DNA of 63,665 bases, counting the filler, from Sphacelaria rigidula (taxonomy: Eukaryota), in NCBI GenBank assembly GCA_964200075.2. It is 7 parts of 7 records of this genome, joined end to end, with 100 filler letters (N's around TTAATTAATTAA, not from the genome) between each part and the next. Parts side by side here need not be neighbours in the genome. Positions count along the whole stretch, not along the records: positions 1 to 9,010 come from CAXNAA020009522.1; positions 9,111 to 18,120 come from CAXNAA020009523.1; 5 more parts are not named here. One strand, 5' to 3'. The number at the start of each line of letters is the position of its first letter. Within the stretch, counting starts at the first letter, position 1. Below, one piece after another: positions 1-12,386 of this stretch. The translations under genes and the position numbers were made by a program. The notes beneath the pieces were generated by a model, which saw nothing but the letters and a program-made list of their open reading frames with translations, did not search any database and had not been told where the DNA came from.

Positions 1-199
1 GGGGGGGGCTTGTCCGCACAAAATAGGGAGTGAAGTACCCGTTGAAGCAGAAACGGTTGGTCGAACGAGCGTTTCACTGATGAGCAACGCTCACTCATAC
101 TGGTTGCCTCCGTCTAGAAACAGAGATAAGGTCATCATGACTGCGGCTGAGCAATTTCTCCTGATTTGCGTTTGGTCCCATGTTCCACCGCAACCCGCA

Positions 200-3100
200 G
201 TTATTATCGTCAAATTACTCATGTCGCGAATGGATGGAAGCAACAACGGCATGTATGTCACCGATCATTGAATACGCAAATGCTGCCTGTCATGTGTGCA
301 TGATCACTCAGGGGGGATCAAACGCCCGGGCACTGCTGACCTACAACCGCCAAGTCATGGAACTTTTGAGAAGCAATGTCATAATATGGGAAGCAGCCCT
401 GAGGTGTACGATGTGGGTAAGTATTCCCCAGTGTAAATGGTTGCGAGTCCGAACTTGATTATGTCTTGATTTGTACGCAGTTTGCGAAAATTGTGACCAC
501 ATGCAACACAGGGAGGCGGGAACGAGGACAGTAAGAGACGCGATGATGCTGTCGTGCCGGAATGTGTAAAAATAAAAACTATACACTGGACAAATGGCAC
601 CGTTCACAGCGTGGCGATTGCATTGACTCGGGTCCATTTGTTTCGCGCGCGGTCCTACTGTGTCGTCAATACAGGATAGGGAGAGTTTCGGACCTCCGCC
701 TCAGTCATTTATGGAGGACAAGCCATGCCTCATTTCCATCTAAGGCCAAACAAGGAGCGCATTGTTCATGATGGTAAACAGAGTGGGTCTGAACCTCCCG
801 CTACACTGTACTGGCGTTCTTGAGGGAGCGCCACCGCCCAGCACTGAAGGTGCGAAACTATGATGAAGAAGTAGTACATTACTAGCAAGCGCTAGTACTT
901 CCTCTGTGTTTGTGGCAAATGCCGGAAACCACAACAGTAGCCCCATCCCAGATAAGTTGCTGCATGTCAGAAGGAGATTTCAAAACCAGTACACATCTGT
1001 TTTTGGTGGAGAAAACTGGCTGATCCGGATGACGGCGGCAGTACAAAGATAAACAGAGACAACATGGATGGTTGTACGTAATGAATAACCACCCGAATTT
1101 AGCTCAAACCGGGCGGACTATGGGTACGGGCGGTCAGAACCCATACGTAGAGCTTCATGACCGTTATCGTGGGTGTCTGCACGGTCGCCGCCACCCATTT
1201 ATGATCACCTCGCGAAAACAGAGTTGGAAGGACTGCGAGAGGCGATGAACGCTACCTCAGGAGACCAGCAGCCGGGGATTTCCGTGAGGGTATATAATTA
1301 TATGTCCCACGAGAAAGCGAGAGCGGTAGGGCACGAGCAACATGCTGCGGAGGAACTATCAAAGGCAAGTGGGAAAAAGAGACGTGTATGTTGAGAAATG
1401 ACGTTGCACCGGAGATCGGATATGTCCACGGAGCAACAATTGACGTTGCGTAATTTACATGTGTGGTGGTTTCCCCAGCCATAAATTCTATTTTTAATGT
1501 GATATTGTACAGATAGATTTTCAATGGACGTAATGCTGTTAAGATGTTTCCCCCTGCGTTGGAGGAGTGCCGTGTCCTCGCGCCACAAGTAATATGATCA
1601 CACTGTGCGTACGCGTCAGGTCACGATTTGGTATGTCCCAAAGCACGCAGGCAATAGAACGGGCGCTTTGTGGCGACGAAGCCAGAGACTAACTTCATCG
1701 CAATAACAGAAAATACCACGTCTATGTAATCAGCCATAGCATTCCGACTGGTGAAGATCCCCCGAAATCCGCCCAGATTTCTCAGATTCGAATCTTCCAA
1801 TCTAAGATGCGGTGGGGCATATGACCAGCCGTACCTATGACATCGATCAATCCTAACAGTGGCATCAACCGTTGTCCGCAATACAGGGGATCCCAAGGAG
1901 TACCTCATATTCTCGACCGGTTTTCAAAACCGACGATCGACGATTGTCGTGGTGCATATCCGTTTCGAAGAAGGGTTAATATCTATGACATACAAAGGCC
2001 GATTCGCTTGATCATCGCCCCGTGAACAACATGAAAGTTGGCCAACACTAACATACATACTTACACACAATACATTTTCACATAACATACGCACCACCCT
2101 ACTCTCACACCGCCAGACAGACACGCGATGTGGAGTACTAGAGGCGATTAGGAAAACCGTCCCCCGATGAGCGATATAAAACATAAGTGGCCTCATGGCG
2201 GGATACAACGTAACCCTAAAAAACAGTTGTTGTTATATAAACGCTCCCCCCCCCTCTCCTACCGGCATCATATTCAAAATTCAAATTATCCAGAAACATA
2301 ACATAATATCTTACTCGAAATAACCTTCTACATTTCGATATACAAACTCAGACGCAGGCTATACGCTGTAATCCACTTGTAATGTCAACAATATCTCCTT
2401 GTAAAATGATGAAGAATCCGTTGGCCGAATATACGATCTCTGAGAGTGGTCCGATGAATCATATCGTCATTGGATAGCTAAGCAATTCCGATATGTAAGA
2501 AACGCTATCCCTATACAGAACGTTGCCGAGATACAACTATCCCCGCTAACGGAGATCGTCTCGCCTCCGATGTCTGGAGCGAAGCCATCATAATGCATGG
2601 TTATCGTGTGTCGTTCGTAATCGCATGTATGTCGCTTGTGTTCAATGTTAGAACCAGTAATAATAAGACCATCGGTAGGAGTGGCATGCTGTTGTGCATA
2701 AGAGTTGTTGGTGGTGAGTGTGCAATCAACCTCATGCTATGTCGGCAACGTGGACCGTGCGGGATACATCTTCTCCATTCGTCTTCGATAACAGAAGCCC
2801 TGCATGAGTTCAGCCATTAGGGTCCTTGTCCCTATCATCCGACAAGCGTGCCACAGAGAAGAAGTCAGCACAAAGGCACAGTTGACTGAATATTGGGCAG
2901 TAATTGGGGGGACAACCTCTGGAAGGAAGACGGAAAGAAGAGAGGTGGGAAGAAAGACGCGAACGAGACATGGAGGAAGCTCCTCGATTACGTGAAGGGA
3001 TATGTGATGAGATTCGTCCTCACACCCCCAGGGGGGGCGCCGTTAAAGAACGAACCGCCTAAGCTCGGGTCGCTGGTGACGCTCGTGTTCTCCGTGACAC

Positions 3101-5741
3101 TTCACAACCGAGACTGGCCATTGCAAGACGTGGTCCTTGATTGCCTCGCATTCGAGGAGGAGGAAGGGATCAAACCGGTGAGCGCCGCCTGTGCGACATT
3201 GATTGGATTATATAGTGGACCATGCTCCCATGAAAGTTTTGGTGTCCAAATAAATTATAGTCTTCTTTCTTCTCGGGTCGGCGTACACGCCCCTGTTTCA
3301 TGTCACACCCAGGACGACATCGCTTGTTCAGATCACAGCTGTGTGATGTTACGCTCGCTGCTTGTGCCTATAAATGAACGTGGGCCCCATTGTACATGAT
3401 CTGCGTGATTAACCTAGCCATGTAACCATCTGGTGTCATCTTGCCGATTTTGCATCATACGAGTCATGTTCGACAGCCGATGCAGGGGTCGTCGCTGGGA
3501 AATCTGCAAGCCTACTCTTACTTATTTGGTCTCGACAAGCGCTGCTTGACTGATGGTCACCTGCACAAGCTTGTCCGGGAGAATGGCATCAATCAAGCGG
3601 TCATGGCCAACTGTCAGGTATTGAAGTCGTTGCATCTCGCGCACGATGTTGCATCCACCTTCATCAGCGAAGCACACATCGACAGAGGTCATCATAGTCA
3701 ACTCAACGAGACCGGTCGTATTTTGAGGGTGAGTCTGCGGGTGGCGACTGACGATAAGGAAGATGCCGACAAGATAGGTGCGTTGCGGTGGCAGCAACTT
3801 CAGTTTGATTTTGCTACGGCATCCGCAACGTGGATCAATGAGCAGGAAAGCCGTAAGGAGATACAATCATACACTTACACGGCTACGAACCCCAACGCGT
3901 CGGACGGGGCGAAGGGAGCAACGGGGAACGTCTTCGATTGGCTGGACGCCGCATATCACTGGGTGTTAAAGGACGCACTCAGCAGGGCGAAGTCCACGAC
4001 TTTGGCGAAAGCCCAGGGACGGATTCAGAAGAAGAACCCGCGCCACAGCAACAAGAATTCGTTCACTATGGGAATGAGGGAAGTGCCCCACGTGTCTGCG
4101 TGGGCGCACCCATACATTTTCGACAGTATCACCATCTACTACTTCGTGAGTGCATGAATTGTTCGCAACAGCGACCGGTTTACATAATATGCAGATAATG
4201 TGAAACCTAAACAATATATTAGCAGCGCGTCAGTATATCCGACGCAGACATCGAATGGGTGCGCTCCCAGTCAAACGGGGAACGAATGTTTTACAATAAC
4301 GAAGACATATGAGACTCGGTTTCTGAAACCGACCCCCGTGCATCATTCAAATCGTAAAAAATAAATGTATTATGTATCATTCAAACTCCGATAGTTATAA
4401 GCTTGCCGGCATGCCATTTGGGAATTCCTTCGTCCCTGTGTGTGATGCCAATAGTCAACTTGAGATGCACGACTTACTTTATCCACGGAGCAGTATACCG
4501 GCGGGTTAGCTGGGATGTAAAGGCTACCATCGAGAATTCAGCCCCACAAGCCTCAGGAGCAAGAATGATATATAACTGGCAATCGCCCATCCTCATACAC
4601 ATTGCAGATATTCTCTCCGTTTTCAAGTTGAGGTTCATGCAGCCACTGTCTGATATATCCATACCTTGGAGCAGATGACGGATACACCACAAGGAGCCCA
4701 GGACACTGCGAAGGCGGCGACCAGACGGAAGCATCTATGCCCTTCTGGGTATGCTGCACACGCAGCATCTTGCGGAAGGGGCAACGGATGTATGCGACGA
4801 TTTTAGAGCCGTAGTAAATACTCTCAAGTGTGAGGATGATGCCCTGGAGTTCAACAAGCTTTTGGTGAGTGATCTGCCCAAACACCAGGTATATGACGGT
4901 GGCCCACATTTCTTGACTGAGACGGAGAGGAAGTACATCAAAGGCGTAATATTTCCTGGCGGCATCAGCGACGCAGTGCCCACGAAGGCGGATGCTGCTC
5001 CCACCACAGAACGAGCAGCAACCCTCCCCGGTGAGTTCTAACAACCCCTCGATAAAATATAATTATTCCAAATGTGTACATATGTGTTCGCGGGTGACAC
5101 GCGGGGCCGACGTTTCAGTAAGAAGCGCGACAGGTCGTTTGCGTTCATAACTTACGTGGTGCACGGCGTACTGCACTATATATGGTCACATAATGGTGAT
5201 GAGCATCATGGACTGCCATACTCACTTCACGTCCGAATATCGGATGGGAGGTGGTCATCTACTCACTCGTTATTCGATACATTCATCATTCCATCACTAC
5301 TCGCAAAATGTTGTGCATCACGCACAATTGTAGACCGACAGTCGCTTTCTGAAGCCGGGAGAGAGAATGCTCGATACCCACGGATCTCATCAGCTGTTGG
5401 ATAAACGGGGGATGTTCATACACACAACGCGGAGTCACAATATGTCCTCATCGGCTATACTCACTCATCGCGGTAGGCGAATCTTGTTACATGCCACAAG
5501 ATTTAGCACACATAATAACTCCAACAACATACAAGGGCAACACACACTCCCTCATCCTCACTCTCTTATCTCTGCATAGACGTCAAAATTGAGGCGCGCA
5601 CCATTGAATTCAGGATCGACGACGACGAGTCTCCGCCGACAACAATGCCTGTACCTCTTCCTTTATGTGAGGCGCTCGAGAAGGTCATTGGCGGGTCCGA
5701 TGGTAGGATTCACCTAAGAGTGAAGAAAATAGGACCCACTG
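200..5741 (+). pseudogene. Degenerate multi-exon gene(s) of unknown product
   Basis: AG/GT-bounded exon-like blocks (~201-416, 705-771, 1190-1383, 1620-2020, 2893-3177, ~3486-4145, ~4676-5031, 5580-5741); several carry in-frame stops; no recognisable domain. Confidence 0.35.
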
Positions 5742-5791
5742 GTGAGTTCTTCTACCGATATCATTGACCTAACTCTACCGCCCCCCTCTCT

Positions 5792-6380
5792 TGTTACGGA
5801 TCGTGGCGTGATGCGGTGGAAGGGGGACAGTACAATGATGGGCCGTTGATTCGGAACGAAGATACGCGCCCGGAGGGCTGATCACGGGAACTGGCTAGTA
5901 CCTGCGGTCACGGGTGAGGATGTTAAGTAATCCGTCAAGATACGGAGTACATAAACATGCCTCTTACATCTGGTTGAATCCGATTCTTTCTAAGAATCGG
6001 TGCAATGCTAGGATGCCCTGGTGATCAGAACTTCTCGAGAAGACTCTGGCTATCTGTTACGGATCGCGGCGTGGCGTGGTGGATAAGGGTAGTACGATGA
6101 TGGGCCGTCGATTCAAAACGACTTACGCGCCCGGAGGGCTGATTGCGGGACTGGCTAGTACCGCAGTCAGGGGTGAGGCGTTATGTAAATCCGTCGAGAG
6201 ACGGAATACATAAACATGCCTCTTTACATCTGGTTGGATCCGGTTCTTTCCGAGGACCGACCCAATCGGGTGCACCCTGGTGTCCACTCCTTCTCGGAAG
6301 TGCGAAGTCTCGACACCACCAATGAGAGAAAGAGAAAAGAAATCGGCCTTGATCTGTGACCAAGCATATCGTGACGTTCG
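5792..6380 (+). repeat. Two tandem LTR-like direct repeats (5792-6054 and 6055-~6380), both starting TGTTACGGATCG
   Basis: tgttacggatcgtggcgtg...tacatctggttgaatcc is repeated as tgttacggatcgcggcgtg...tacatctggttggatcc; a TG start is typical of LTRs, but no clear CA end, PBS or PPT was seen. Confidence 0.5.
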
Positions 6381-8532
6381 TCCTGTGTCATTCTACGTTG
6401 GACTCACCCACATGCTGTGAGCTTACGATTGTTTCAAGCGTAACGGTGAGACAGTAAGGTGTTTGATTCCAGCAGCGAGCAGATGCTAGAATGTTGACAT
6501 GATAGTAAAATCGAACTGTGCCAAACGGAATGGTGAAATGTGTAACCATATTATCGCTCTAGTACTCGACTTGTACAGTAGAGACACGCCTGTGAACTAC
6601 CACTATGACCAACATTATTCCGTTTGTAACATATCAATACCACCAAGGAACAAAATATTTCGAATCACCTGAAGCTGTGAACAAGGATATCCTGACGATC
6701 GACGTGAACTGTACTACGTTGGACTGTCTCCCCGCGTGCTGTGAGCTACGATTGTTACAAGGTCAACGGTGAGACGGTTTGGAGCTTGAGTATTTTATGA
6801 ACAGATGTGAAGGGGGTCGACCTGTAGTAAATAAATATGAATGAACTCGTGCACAAATGAATGGCAGTCAAATAATAAGTAGAATGAAAGGTCCCACACG
6901 AAGCAGTCAAATTTCGTAATCGTTGACCGAAGTTTTGTTGTTTACCTAGTTCAGTGATCAACCTACACTGTAGAGTTAAGCAAATGCTGACAACAACTAG
7001 AGACTGCCGTTTACTTGTATCACTCTACCCGATTTGATAATTGGATAAGACATACCAAATGCTGCTGTGTACTGCGACATGTGGGCGGGATAATGTTGAT
7101 TCTCCGATGTGTTACAGTGGAGACGATGAGATGTTCAAGACGATGTTTGAATGCTGACGATGCGGTGGTAGCTATTGCAAGTGTGGCGCGGAATATGGTG
7201 CGGGATGCAAAACAGGTGTACATGACCACGACGCGAATGACCCAAACTCCTCGCCAGCTTGAAAATCACAGGACCACCATCGACGGTGAATAATCACGAT
7301 GTCTTATCGCCGCCCTCATGTCAACTGTTATGCCGACAGGAACCCATCAAAATCGTACACACTCGGGCAGCAGAAGAAGGGAAAATGGAAGGCGCATCAA
7401 ACTCCAATCCTCCCCCCGGCGACGTAAACGAGCCTACGGAGTGTGATGATGGTGGTATGGAGGATGCCAGGCGCGGTAATGCCGTTGCCGATGGGATTAT
7501 CGACGTGGATACGACATCAAGTGGAGGGGGGGGGGGGGGGGGGGGGGCCCCGGCGGGGGGGGGGTCCCCCCAAAACCCTGCGGCGGGGGGGGCGCGCCCC
7601 CCCAAAAAGGGGGGGNNNNNNNNNNCGAAGGTCTGTGGGGGGGGCTGGGGGGGGCAGGGGCGTTGCTTGCACGCGCGTTGGGGCTTCCGACAACAGCTTG
7701 CCGACGGGCAGACGTGCCGCCGACAAGAGACGTGGCGCAGGCACACGCGCGCCTAGCGCTAAGCGGAGGAAGGGGGACAAGCGCTGCGTGTCCACAGCCC
7801 CTAATTCAGACAAAACCTCGTCGGTGCCTCCTTCACAACCGCCGAACCCTGTCTCTTCATCGGAGGATGGCACTGTCGCTGTCCGTGGTACCGATAGTGG
7901 AGATGGCGTCAACAGGCGCAACAATAACGGCGGCGCGGCGTGCGGGGGAAGTCCGCGCAGAAGGGGAGGTAAATTTGACGTGGGCGACTCCCGCGACAAG
8001 GATATCGTCGGAGACAAAGACCGTGAAGAGGATAGTGGTGATGGTGATCCGAATAATAAGGAGTCGATGGTCTTCACCAACAAGCGACACAGGCAAGGTG
8101 GCGTCTATTCATCCGATGAAGATGACTCAAGCGGATCCGAATCACCCTCCCACTCGGGACCCGACGACGCCGTCAGCGAACACCACAGGGATGGGAGGGC
8201 GGGCAGTCCTATGGCAGTAGGCGGCGGTGGCGCTTTGGTTGGCGCAAGTGCCGCGCACCCACCTGATGGGTGAGGACATATTACATCCACGCGTGCAGGA
8301 AATTAGAATGTAACGGACAAACTACATACTGTACAAACAGAGATACAATAATAATGTGAAATAAAGGTACTCGCCTCGCGATAAATTTAAACGAAGGTAA
8401 CGCCCCCCGGTTTCTTAAACCGGGACGGCGCCATCTGTGTCGCTGGAGAATTTATTTCTCGCAATTCCATAGTCTGTCCGCAGCATTCGAGAACGCTACG
8501 TATCGCGAGGTGCGTAAGCAGGTCGGTGTTCT

Positions 8533-8961
8533 TTGCCCCCATCCCAACATTTGCATCGCAGTGTTGCAGCGGAGCTGCGGCAGGTTATCAACGAAATCCA
8601 CGCTAAGATCTCGGCAGGATTGATCCCCAATAAGGAGGCGGACGCGTGGAACGCGGTGGTTACTGACCAGCAAGATGTAATGGAACGCGACGACTCCACA
8701 ACAACCCAAGAACGTCCACTTGCTCGGAACCTAGACGTCGGCGACCGCATCCGCAAAGAAGGATATGAGTTCTCTACGGCCTACGTATTTGCACCGTATT
8801 GGACTGCGCCCCCCCAAAAGGGCGCAAATAAACTGTCTCAATCAAAGGTTGATGACGAAATGTCCAGGCGGTACATTTTTTCCCCGGGAGATTGGCATGG
8901 ATCCCTCCTCCAGTTGGTTATGGATGAAGAACGGGAGTTAAGAGGGTTGCCAGAAAAATGA
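8533..8961 (+). CDS. Hypothetical protein or exon, unknown function
   Basis: 142-aa ORF with protein-like composition (AAELRQVINEIHAKI...VFAPYW); no family recognised. Confidence 0.3.
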   Translation: MPPSQHLHRSVAAELRQVINEIHAKISAGLIPNKEADAWNAVVTDQQDVMERDDSTTTQERPLARNLDVGDRIRKEGYEFSTAYVFAPYWTAPPQKGANKLSQSKVDDEMSRRYIFSPGDWHGSLLQLVMDEERELRGLPEK

Positions 8962-9010
8962 GAACGTATTTTGAAATGAGAATCTACCGCTCCCCGGGAT
9001 TGTGTCCATT

Positions 9011-9110
9011 NNNNNNNNNNNNNNNNNNNNNNNNNNNNNNNNNNNNNNNNNNNNTTAATTAATTAANNNNNNNNNNNNNNNNNNNNNNNNNNNNNNNNNN
9101 NNNNNNNNNN
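9011..9110. other. Artificial contig linker (N44-TTAATTAATTAA-N44); identical linkers at 18121-18220, 27231-27330, 36340-36439, 45449-45548, 54558-54657
   Basis: Six identical 100-bp spacers with stops in all frames; the contigs between them decrease in length from 9010 to 9008 bp. Confidence 0.97.
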
Positions 9111-9599
9111 GCAGCATCTACCGCAACGACTGGTTTCGTGGCGGTTTGATCTGATGGAAAAGTGGAAAATCTATCAGTCTGTGTACAGTGAAACAAAAGT
9201 TTGTCAAGCCAGAGAAATGTGTAGATTGCCTGGCGGTGTAAACCTATCATACACGTGTAGAACCAAGGGTACCGACGTAGTTCTGTCTGGGAAATGCCAG
9301 GAAGACTCAAGCCGGCGTTCAATCTCGTTCGCGAACTATTGTATGTACAGTATGTTGTGCTGTCGTGCGAATGACCAAGCATTCGCATCTTGAAAACTTG
9401 AAATGAGACAGTGAAAAGACAGGGAAATTTATTCGGTCAAGGACGAATGCATGATACATTGTAGAGAAAGAAGCGTTACACACTCAAATAATGCGCCTAC
9501 AACATACGATAGGCGATCGTCAGTGCCACGCACACGGTGACTTCATGCGTTACACGACACGTCTAAACACCTCCAACCCTGGTGTGAACCGCGATATGC

Positions 9600-10131
9600 A
9601 TAAAATGAAACGTTAAATGCGAACGTGACACGTGTCAGTGTCACGTTACATAATACGTGACACGTGACAACGTCACGTGACATATTACGTGATACGTGAC
9701 AATGTCACGTGACATATTACGTGACATGTGACGAAACGTCACGTTAAATGCTTTCAACGTGATTGACGTCACGTGTCACGTCAAGTTACATTTTCCGAAC
9801 GTGACACGTGTCACGTGTCACGTCACGTTAAATTTGACGAACGTGATTCACGTTACGTTCACGTTCACGTGTCACATATCCCTCCCTGGAATTTTTGGAT
9901 GAGACAAATGTAACGTTACGTGATGTAACGTGTTGACCTTGAAGCACCATCTCTCAAGTAAAACCCTATGTTGGGGTTCATGCGAAGGACCACATACATG
10001 TTACATCACGTTACTTTACATTTGTCTCATCCAAAAAATCAAACCTCACGTAGCGTTAAATGGCACAAAGTTACGTTTTTTCGAATATGTCACGTAAAAC
10101 GTCACGTGTAACGTGTACAGTATATCCCTGG
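9600..10131. mobile_element. Probable nested DNA-transposon (hAT-like) right ends with dense CACGTG/GTCACGT subterminal motif arrays
   Basis: Dozens of acgtga/cacgtg motifs ending at ...catatccctccctg (~9888) and ...tatatccctg (~10129), which read CAGGG on the minus strand; internal 42-bp inverted repeat at 9892-9933/9997-10038. Confidence 0.5.
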
Positions 10132-10412
10132 AAATTTCGAAATTTCGAATTCTGCATACTTCTGACGCTGACTACTGTACGCAAAATTCGACTTGGCAGT
10201 CGACGAGGGAAAGGGACTGCTAAACCCCTCTCGCGATAAAAAATGAAGGCAAGCACCACAGAAGGAAGGTGGAGAACTTTAGCAAGAAGAGAAAGAAAAG
10301 ACTCCTGTGTTGGCCTTCCTCCTGTGTAACCCCGGCTGGTGCGCTCACATATAGCGAAAAGTGTAGACCGGCGCCCAGAATAGACGGGACGACAACACAC
10401 ACAACAACACAC

Positions 10413-12386
10413 ACTGTCTGTTGTGTTTATGTTGGAATGTCCGTACAAGACTAGTGGTACAGTAGTGGTACAGTAGTAGTAGCTCTCACCTGCCAGCCAC
10501 AGTTGTCATGCCTTCGGAAGGCGCGGTCACAGTTAGAGCCTGGGAAGCAGTAGCCAGCAATGCCAGGGTCGCCACGGTAGAGAGGCTCATCTTGGTTGTG
10601 CAATTCTTGCTTGACCCGTCGACTGTCTTGTCCCGCTGCTGTGCCGTAAAACTGTGCACCGTACTGCAGCACTGTTTGTATCGGTGTGCCTCGTGGCGTT
10701 TGCTATAATATGGGCTTTGAGCGCACTTGTCGTGGGTAGGTGCTCGTAGAAGCTGGTGCAAGGAGCAGCAAAAGATGAAGAACGCTGTTGAGAGTGATCG
10801 TCAGGGGGGCGAGATGGTAGCAACTCGAGCTCTGGCCGAAAATCTTGCGCATCTCAGAATTCGGATATATTGGATATCGGGATATCAGGGCGGGCGCGGC
10901 CAAGGGACCCCACGGACCCCGGGAACGAGAGTAGTAGGTCTTTCGGAAAATGAAATTTCGCATGTTTGCAGTGGCATCAGTAGACCCGGGAGCATGAACG
11001 GAACTTGTAGGGTCTGCTGGTTCATGCGTTACAAGCAGTACTCGTACCGTATCGCGAAACGTGGCGGCATCTGATGGCTGTGTCATTCTTGGTCAATGGA
11101 AGAAGCTTCTTCGGAGCCGTTTGTATCTCCATCTCCGTCTCTCCTCACTCCCCCTGTCTCTCTTGAATGGACACTTACAGGATACGACCACAACAACACC
11201 AACCGTATCAGGGTGTAAACGGAGCAAGCATCTACCCACGTACGTACCATAGCTTCACCATGTTTTCGTACTTGAAAATGCTTGCTACGGGCTTCTCCCC
11301 GGCCGTGGTCCCGTGTTAGCAGACACGAGCATTTTATTGATAATAATCATCACTACTGGACTCTTGGAGTTATTGCTCGTACTATTTTGTCAACAACATG
11401 CTCGTGTCACCCAACACGGGACCACCGTAGCAAGCATTTTCAAGGACAAAAAATTGATGAAGCTATGGTACATACGCAGATGCTTGCTTCGTTTTCACCC
11501 GATACGGTTGGTGTTGTTATGGTAGCGTCCTGTGGGTGTGCATGAAGAGAGACAGAGGAGTGAGGAGAGACGGAGATGGAATACAAACGGCTCCGGAGAA
11601 GGTTAGTCTACCACTGACCAACAATGACACAGCCATCAGATGCCGCCAAGTTTCGCGATACGGTACGAGTACTGCTTGTAACACATGAACCAGCTGACCC
11701 TAAAAGTTCCGTTCACGCTCAGGGTCTTCTGATGCCACTGCGAACATGCGAAATTTCATTTTTCCGAAAGACGCCCTTCCGCGATTGATGCGGAGATTTA
11801 CTGGTCATCAACAATATAAGATCCACAAGCCAGTAATACCAATGATGAAACATGTATTCATGACGGAGGGATACGATATTTTCGTTCGCGGGGTCCGTGG
11901 GGTCCCTCGGCCCCGCCCGCCCTGATATCCCGATATCCAATATATCCGAATTCTGAGATGCGCAAGATTTTCGGCCAGAGCTCGATCTGCATGGCCTCTC
12001 ACTCCCTCATGATCACTCTCAACAGCATTCTTCATCTTTTGCTGCTCCTTGCACCAGCTTCTACGAGCACCTACCCACGACAAGTGCACTCAAAGCCCAT
12101 ATTATAGCAAACGCCACGAGGCACACCGATACAAACAGTGCTGCAGTACGGTGCACAGTTTTACGGCACAGCAACGGGACAAGACAGTCGGCGGGTCAAG
12201 CAAGAATTGCACAACCAAGATGAGCCTCTCTACCGTGGCGACCCTGGCATTGCTGGCTACTGCTTCCCAGGCTCTGACTGTGACCGCGCCTTCCGAAGGC
12301 ATGACAACTGTGGCTGGCAGGTGAGAGCTACTACTGTACCTCTATAGTATAGCATCGACATTCCAGCACAAACACGACAGACAGTA
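10413..12386. repeat. Large inverted duplication (arms ~10413-11170 and ~11540-12386, spacer ~370 bp) containing the promoter and exon 1 of the secreted-protein gene
   Basis: Arms are reverse complements; the ORF track shows mirror-image peptides (10486-10761 minus vs 12049-12324 plus); the right arm has an extra ~110 bp at 11772-11880. Confidence 0.93.
10490..10590 (-). CDS. Exon 1 (signal peptide) of a divergent paralog or truncated copy of the secreted Ig-like protein
   Basis: MSLSTVATLALLATASQALTVTAPSEGMTTVAG then AG|GTGAGAG donor; peptide identical to 12220-12320; no exon 2 found before the contig start. Confidence 0.7.

Noticed and set aside
7259..8273. Long GC-rich ORFs as real proteins
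   Set aside because: Poly-G/C runs and Ns suggest low-quality sequence, and ORFs are open in many frames simply from low complexity; an acidic exon may exist but cannot be defined
8400..8430. Hairpin cccggtttcttaaaccggg as a Helitron 3' end or terminator
   Set aside because: No CTRR terminus or T-tract follows on either strand
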